From: the human T2T-CHM13v2.0 reference genome, Homo sapiens
NCBI RefSeq assembly: GCF_009914755.1
Contig: NC_060939.1
Strand: one strand, 5' to 3'
DNA: 64,000 nucleotides
The notes under the pieces were generated by a model, which saw nothing but the letters and a program-made list of their open reading frames with translations, was not told the DNA's origin and searched no databases. The position numbers were made by a program, and so were the translations under genes. Positions 57,350 through 64,000 of this stretch are shown here, in pieces. Position 1 is the first letter of the stretch; every line of letters begins with the position of its first letter.

Positions 57350-57752
57350 TGCTTTGGTTTGAATGTGTCCTCCAAAGTTCATGTGCTGGAAACTTCATCC
57401 TCAATTCAATAGTAATGCTGGGAGGTGAGGCCTAATAAGAGGTGATTAGGTCGTGAAGGCTCTACCCTCATGAATGGATTAATGTCATTATTATGGGAGT
57501 GAGTTAGTTATCATGAGAGTGACTTTGTTATAAAAGCACATTCAGTCCTCTCTAGCTTTCTCTCACTCCTGCATGCTCTGTTGCCCTTCCACTTTCAGCT
57601 GTGAAGTGACTTGGCAAGAAGGCCCCCCACAGATGCTGGCACCTTGATATTGGACTTCCCAGGCTCCAGAACTGGGAGAAATTAATGCATTTTCTTTATA
57701 AATTACTCAATCTGTGGTTTTCTGTTACTGCAACAAAAACTGGACTAAGACA
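57350..57752 (+). mobile_element. MST-family (MSTD-like) solo LTR
   Basis: tgctttggtttgaatgtgtcc...ggactaagaca; 5-bp TSD actgt/actgc. Confidence 0.9.
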
Positions 57753-57849
57753 ACTGCTTAAAGAAATCTGGTCTTTTGGTCACCTTTTTATAAACCCACA
57801 TAATTTCCCTGTGGATTTTAAGAATTCTTTGGAAGTGCACTTGGTCCAG

Positions 57850-58055
57850 AGGAAAATACAAAGGCAAATAACTATATGCACCAAGGTTCCTGGATTCTAA
57901 ATCTTGGCTCTTCCAATCATTCAACATGTGAACAAGTCACCTGTACTCTTGTGTGCCAGCTTTCATGATACTTGTCTGTATTGCAAATTCAAAGTAGGTA
58001 AGTAAAGTACTTTGAAAAGTTAAAGTAACACACAAAAGGATGATATTAATAATAT
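57850..58055 (+). mobile_element. MIR remnant
   Basis: cctggattctaaatcttggctct...gaacaagtcacc...gtaaagtactttgaaaagttaaagt; approximate. Confidence 0.5.
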
Positions 58056-58236
58056 ACAACTATAAAGTTATAGGCAAATGTCTTCAACAGAATGGTATTT
58101 GTATATAATAAAAGTATTATAAACACATATTGAACTGATTGGTGATCATACATAAAATGATAATTTCTATATTATTCACCGGGTGAAGTCATTAGCCAGA
58201 GCAGTTTTTTTCTTTAAATAGGCATCCCTCATTTCC

Positions 58237-58551
58237 TTTTTCTTTCTTTATTGAGACAGAGTCTCGCTCTGTCACCCACGCTGGAGAACAGTGGTGCTAT
58301 CTTGGCTCACTGAAACCTCCACCTCCTGGATTCAAGTGATTCTCCTGCCTCAGCCTCCCGAGTAGCTGGGGTTATAGGCGCGCACCACCACGCATGACTT
58401 TTTGTTTGTTTGTTTGTTCGTTTGTATTTTTAGTAGAGATGAGATTTCACCATGTCAGCCAAGCTGGTCTTGAACTCCTAACCTCAAGTGATACACCTGC
58501 CTTGGCCTCCCATAGTGCTGGGATTACAGGTGTGAGGCACCATGCCTGGCC
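58237..58551 (-). mobile_element. AluS (Sx/Sz-like)
   Basis: Reverse dimer; TSD ccc(t/c)catttc. Confidence 0.93.
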
Positions 58552-59222
58552 CCCCATTTCTTTTAAAGTCTTCCATTTAACTTTCTCTAACTTTTCATAG
58601 TGTATTTTAATTTCCAACTGTTACTTTCAAATACTATCATTTTTAAAATAACAAATCTTTTAAAATTATGATTTACTCTTTAATTTGTTTCCTTTAGGGC
58701 AGAAATAAACTGACTAAATCCTATATGTAAAAACAACCAACCAGAGCTACATATTTTCAATATTAGGTCTAACTTTATTTTAGGACATTAGAGGTCCACT
58801 GCCAAGCTACCTTAAAATTGTGTTTAAATACTGGCAGAACATTGTTTTAATTTCAGTAATCTATTCTTGTTTTATAAATAGAAATAATTTACAACTGGAC
58901 AGGACCTTTTGGATTATCTAAGGCAACTCATTTTGTAGATGAAGTGTCTAAGGATAGCTTGTCTGCATTATTCTATTTTATAATTATGTTTATTAATATA
59001 AGCCACCTCAAATCCTTTTGAAAAGTAGGTGAGGAAAATTCAGAAATAAGCAAAATACACAAATAACTAAATCCCCTGATTAAGTAATTTGGCTGCCTGT
59101 TGATGGAGGAAGAGAATTCTGACTCGCTATCCAGTTCTCTTTTCATTAGGCCATGTCACTTCAACTGGAGAAAAATAGTTTTTTCTCTCAGGTTAAATCA
59201 AATCATTAAAGAAAACCACACC

Positions 59223-59542
59223 GGTCCGGGCGCGGTGGCTCACACCTGTAATCCCAGCACTTTGGGAGGCCGAGGCAGGTGGATCACGAGGTCAGGAGTT
59301 CAAGACCAGCCTGGCCAATATGGTGAAACCTCGTCTCTACTAAAAATACAAAAATTAGCCGGGCGTGGTGGCGCACACGTGTAATCCCAGCTACTCAGGA
59401 GTTTGAGGCAGAGAATCACTTGAACCCGGGAGGCGGAGGTGGCAGTGAGCTGAGATCGCGCCACTGCACTCCAGCCTGGGCAACAGGGCGAGACTCCATC
59501 TCAAAAAAAAAAAAAAAAAAGAAGAAGAAGAAGAAGAAAGAA
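59223..59542 (+). mobile_element. AluSg-like with an A-run plus (GAA)n tail
   Basis: ggatcacgaggtcaggagttcaag; perfect TSD aaagaaaaccacacc at 59208-59222 and 59543-59557. Confidence 0.95.
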
Positions 59543-59992
59543 AAAGAAAACCACACCAAAATCAATACGTGGGATGTAAACAAAATTTACAAATGGCCTT
59601 TTGGAAAGCTAGTGGAAATAGTCAAGTAATATGACAGTTATTTACTTTTACGCTGTGTAAAAGTCTGCTTTTATAATAGTTTCTGCAAAATGCAAACATC
59701 ATGAAACAACTTTAGAAAACAAGGCAAGGTGCATGTATTGCAAACAGCTTGAGTATTATTGAGGTAGGAGAGTTTATACGAGAGGCACAAATGCAATGCC
59801 TATTCCAAATAATTATGAGGCTTAGATAAGTACCTGTGACTAGACACTGGCTGGCCTCTGCCAAGACCCCAAGAAGGCACATGGCGTACCTGGAGAGCAA
59901 AATGTCATCTTCCCTGTGAATTCCACAAATGCAAAGACCTCAATGGTGGCAGAAGGCTGGCAGTACGAGGGCATCTCCATGATACCACATAC

Positions 59993-60145
59993 CTGAATTC
60001 TGTGCAGGACACGGCTGGCAAGGTTCCCCAAATGCATACTCAGTGCTGGCGCAACAGCATTCAGATTTAGTGACAGCACCAAACAAAGGTTTGATACACT
60101 GGCCTCTCTTGTATCCACCATAGCATGTGCTCCGCATGTGTGTGT
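59993..60145 (-). CDS. FBN1: FBN1 exon 16, TB2 first part, 153 nt
   Basis: tag|AC...CAG|gtatgt; [17 protein letters not shown]...SECCCAS...CPAQNS. Confidence 0.97.
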
Positions 60146-61204
60146 CTAAACAGGAAGAAGCATCTGTCATCACACTGTCACTTCAAACAGATGAGAACCC
60201 CCCAAGTCAAAGTTGAAGAGGGCTTTATTTATCCATCATCCCTGGTGTAACTCACAGGGAATGCCTCTGATATCGGGGCTCCATTTGAAGAAAAAATAAA
60301 CAAAAACAGAAAAACAAAACACGTTCAGCTTCTAAGCACTGGAAACCAATGGCCAGATTGCTTCAGTTTTCTAGGGAGTATCATGGTTTACTAAAATGTG
60401 AGGCCCTTCAATGCTGGAATTATATCTCACTTATTTTGTCTTTCTCGGGCCTGTGCAGAGCAGGCACTTAATAAATGTTGAATTAATGATGGATGAATGT
60501 TGAATCTCACATCCTGCTAAATAAGACCTTTATTAGAAATGCGGCCTATCCCAAAATAAACACGCAATTACTGAATGTCTGAATTAGGTATACTTTCCAA
60601 AAAGGAGAAAGTTTAATCTGTAAAAGGTTCGTTATATAAATATGTAGATGTTGGTCAACTAAGCTGTGTTATCTTTACCACCAGGAAGACAGTCTCCTGC
60701 TATGCCCTATCCTTTTCCAATTCAAATGGCTTACTGAGTACCTTTCTTAAAAATAATCTGGATAAAATTGGTATCAATTTTTCAACAAGTCTCATACTTT
60801 TTATAAAGCCTCATAAAACTACTATCATACAGGTTTCTGGATTATCCATATTCTCCTTTGCATTCTATACTGCCCATGGACATCAATTCTCTATTAAAAT
60901 GTTCATCATGAGATAATAGCATATGCACATCAATTTCAATGACCAATATCAACAAAGGAGGCCTGGAGAAAACTGAAGACAGCTACGGGATTAGGGAAGA
61001 AAAGGGGGAAGGATAGGTGGGGATTCCCTTGCTTTTCACTTAGCTCATCTTTCTAATCCTCAAATTAATGTTCAATTTACACAAAAAGAGAACTGACCCT
61101 GTTGGTTTGTTGCTCTGCAAATATTCTTTATATCTTATCTGCTACAGTAGAGAGCGTTTGTTACCATTGGGCTTTATTGAGTGACAGAGGCTGAACCTCT
61201 CTCA

Positions 61205-61372
<168 letters not shown>

Positions 61373-62146
61373 TTATTAAAAATGAAGTGACATTTATCTA
61401 AAATTATAACATGTTGACAATTATGTTTTAACCCTTGAAAATGGGGAAGATAGGAAATAATATGCAGCATCAGCAACAAAAGCTCAAATGGCATTCTCAT
61501 TTTCCTTTGAAAGAACAGTAACAAAATCAAGAGAAATCAACTGTTGGAACTTATTTTCCATAAAAAGTAACTTTAATATATTCTCCCAAGAGATTTTTGT
61601 ATCCAAAATAATCACAAAGGCAAAAACAGAATCAGAGGAAGGAGAACAATGGCTGCTAAAAGACAAAGGGTTTTGTGAAATGTATAACCAGGGTAGCTCT
61701 TCCAGGGCTCTCAGAAATCTAGGGTAATAGTAAACTACAGGAAGACTTTCCTTTTGGTATTCATCACCCAGACTGGCATCACTTCTAGTATCACCCATGT
61801 CTTGGCTCTCTGGGAAAATTCGCCTAAAATTAAAGGATATACAACTAAAGCCTTGATGGAACACCACAGAAAAAGAACAGAAAATGAATATAGATTATTT
61901 TCATGACCATTCTTGGCCAATAACAGCACTGTATGCAGTTGGAACCCAGCAAAGAAAAATCTTTCTTAAACTTTACAAACACTTTATGGTATTTTATGTG
62001 TATACTTAAGGAGGTCTGGTAAAAGACTTTATCGGACACATATTAATAATAGCAGAGGGTTTTTTCCCCCCTTAATATGGGGAAGTACAAAAGGCACCAA
62101 AATTGTGGTTTGGAAAACATACAACACTTAGAAGTAAATGATTTTA

Positions 62147-62454
62147 GGCCAGGTGCAGTGGCTCACACTTGTGATCCCAGCACTTTGGGAGGCTAAGGTG
62201 GGCAGATCACTTGAGGCCAGGAGTTCAAGATCAGCCTGGCCAACATGGGGAAACTCCATCTCTACTAAAAATACAAAAATCAGCTGGGCATGATGGCATG
62301 CGGCTATAATCCCAGCAACTTGGGAGGCTGAGGCGCAAGAATTACTTGAACCCAGGAAGCAGAGGTTGCAGTGAGCTGAGATTGTGCCACTGCACTCCAT
62401 CCAGCCTGGGAGACAGAGTGAGACTGTGTCTTAGAAAAAAAAAGAAAAAGAAAA
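62147..62454 (+). mobile_element. Alu (Sz/Jb-like)
   Basis: Full dimer; TSD aag(t/c)aaatgatttta at 62132-62146 and 62455-62469. Confidence 0.94.
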
Positions 62455-64000
62455 AAGCAAATGATTTTATAACAACTCCTTTTATAATATACAACTAGTG
62501 TATGGGACTATTAACTTTCTCCTGACCTTAAAAAGGCAAATTGAGAGTAAAACACCTTCGTGTTTTACTTAGCTTGTGTTGTTTGGCACAAAATATATTC
62601 GGGTGGTCCAAGGTTCTGTGTACAGATTGTATTTGAAACAGCAGTTATATTTAAATACAGGAACTCAAATTGGTTAGTTATTCTGGTCAACTTTTTATTC
62701 AAATTGTGACACACAGCAAAACGTGGAGACTACAACCTGAAAGGTAACACAAAGGGTTTTTAATAAGAACGGAGATGTAAGGTAGATCCAAAGGGAGGTA
62801 ACCTTGGTCAAAGTTAGTGGCTTCAACTTTCAGAGAGTGAACAGAGAAGCCATGTTGTTGATCAGATGAGTTAACTGTGGAGACTGAATTAGCATTGATG
62901 ATTCAGCTTTGAACAGTCACATCTTTGTGGGCTCAGAACTAAGTGCTCAGGGCTAGGAGAAAATCTTACCCTATGGCATAAAGACAAAAATTATAAAAAG
63001 GAAGAAATCCAGTATACATGGGATTAATTTCTTTTTTCATCCTTTAGTCTTATTACAGTGTGTGTACTCTATGCTCTATAAGCTAGAAAAAAATAAGACA
63101 TTGATAATAATACAGAGCTGTGGAGCTCTCTCTCTCTCTCTCTCAGATCCTTAAGCCAGAATGCTAAAGTCAGAACAAACCATCCATATCATCAGCACTT
63201 TCAAATTAATAGAACAACCAATTTATTGATAGGATACTATTTCACTGGTTGCCAATGGTTGCCAAACCTGGTTTCATCTATGAGGTCACAGCATTATCTA
63301 TTGGCCATACTTAATGTTGGGACGCTGTGGCCTGGGTCAGCAGGAGCCTAGAGGCATGAAGAGTGAATCTTAGTGTGCTCTGTGTATCATCAAGAAGATT
63401 ATGTATTCTCCTAGGTCTGCTCACAAAGGGGCTTTCATATCTCTTTCTATTATTTTTTTTTGGAAGCCTAATTCCAAATATTCCAGCAATCATTCTCTTC
63501 CCTTTTCTTTTTTACTTGTACAGTGCTAAATTTGCACAATTTGGCACTTTGTTTTATGCTATTTTACACTGTAGAATATTTCTATGTGTTAATCCTGTCT
63601 TCTCATATAAGTTCCTCCTAGCACAGGGCTCAAAAGTACAGAAACCACCTTCCTCCTTCAAATTTGAAACACCCAACTGTTTTCTCTTGCTGGGAAGACA
63701 GGTTTGCACAATATTAAGAGCCATTGATGTGAAGGTCATAGAGAATGTAGGTAAACAACCAAGGGCTTGAAGTTCTTTTAAGCCTGGAGAAAATGCACAT
63801 CTTGCCAAGGACTTAATACAAGGCTTTCTTCCATAACACGTTTACCAAAGCTGTCCACTAGGGGCACACAGAGAAGAGGCACCATAGGACTTTATTCTGC
63901 TTTCCTCTACCTTGAATAGCTTGACCCTCTACACTTCTGCATCTGAAACTATGCCCAGAAGCTCTAAGTGCAGCATTTTAGCAGATTTTCTGGACCTGCT

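Noticed and set aside
63363-63770. 135-aa hydrophobic ORF
   Set aside because: It has a non-ATG start, its Leu/Phe bias reflects T-rich intron composition, and it has no splice or domain support.
63852-63868. CTCF-like motif tgtccactaggggcac
   Set aside because: It is one base short of the core spacing and cannot be supported without ChIP data.

Overview
This window is primate, almost certainly human, genomic DNA lying entirely inside the fibrillin-1 gene (FBN1), which is transcribed on the minus strand. I mapped 34 consecutive GT-AG coding exons. They are legacy exons 15-48 (add 1 for the 66-exon numbering), total 4200 nt, and encode about aa 613-2013: cbEGF6, TB2, cbEGF7-9, hybrid 2, cbEGF10, TB3, cbEGF11-22, TB4 (RGD), cbEGF23-24, TB5 and cbEGF25-30. 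All exons are phase 1-1 with 3n lengths, the spliced frame is open throughout, and it matches human fibrillin-1 as I recall it. Neither the start nor the stop codon is in the window. Introns hold 11 Alus, two old L1 pieces, two MST (MaLR) solo LTRs, DNA transposon relics (MER44A, MER58B, MER5A), MIR/L2 fragments and microsatellites. Most entries in the ORF track are exon read-through, Alu-derived or chance ORFs. I see no evidence of a new gene system. The best leads are in RNA processing and genome structure: a well-formed candidate poison exon in intron 44, potential for stop-free circRNAs flanked by inverted Alus, short 3n introns that all carry in-frame stops, an LTR abutting a branch-point region, and templated micro-duplications. 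Repeat subfamily names and repeat boundaries were assigned by eye.
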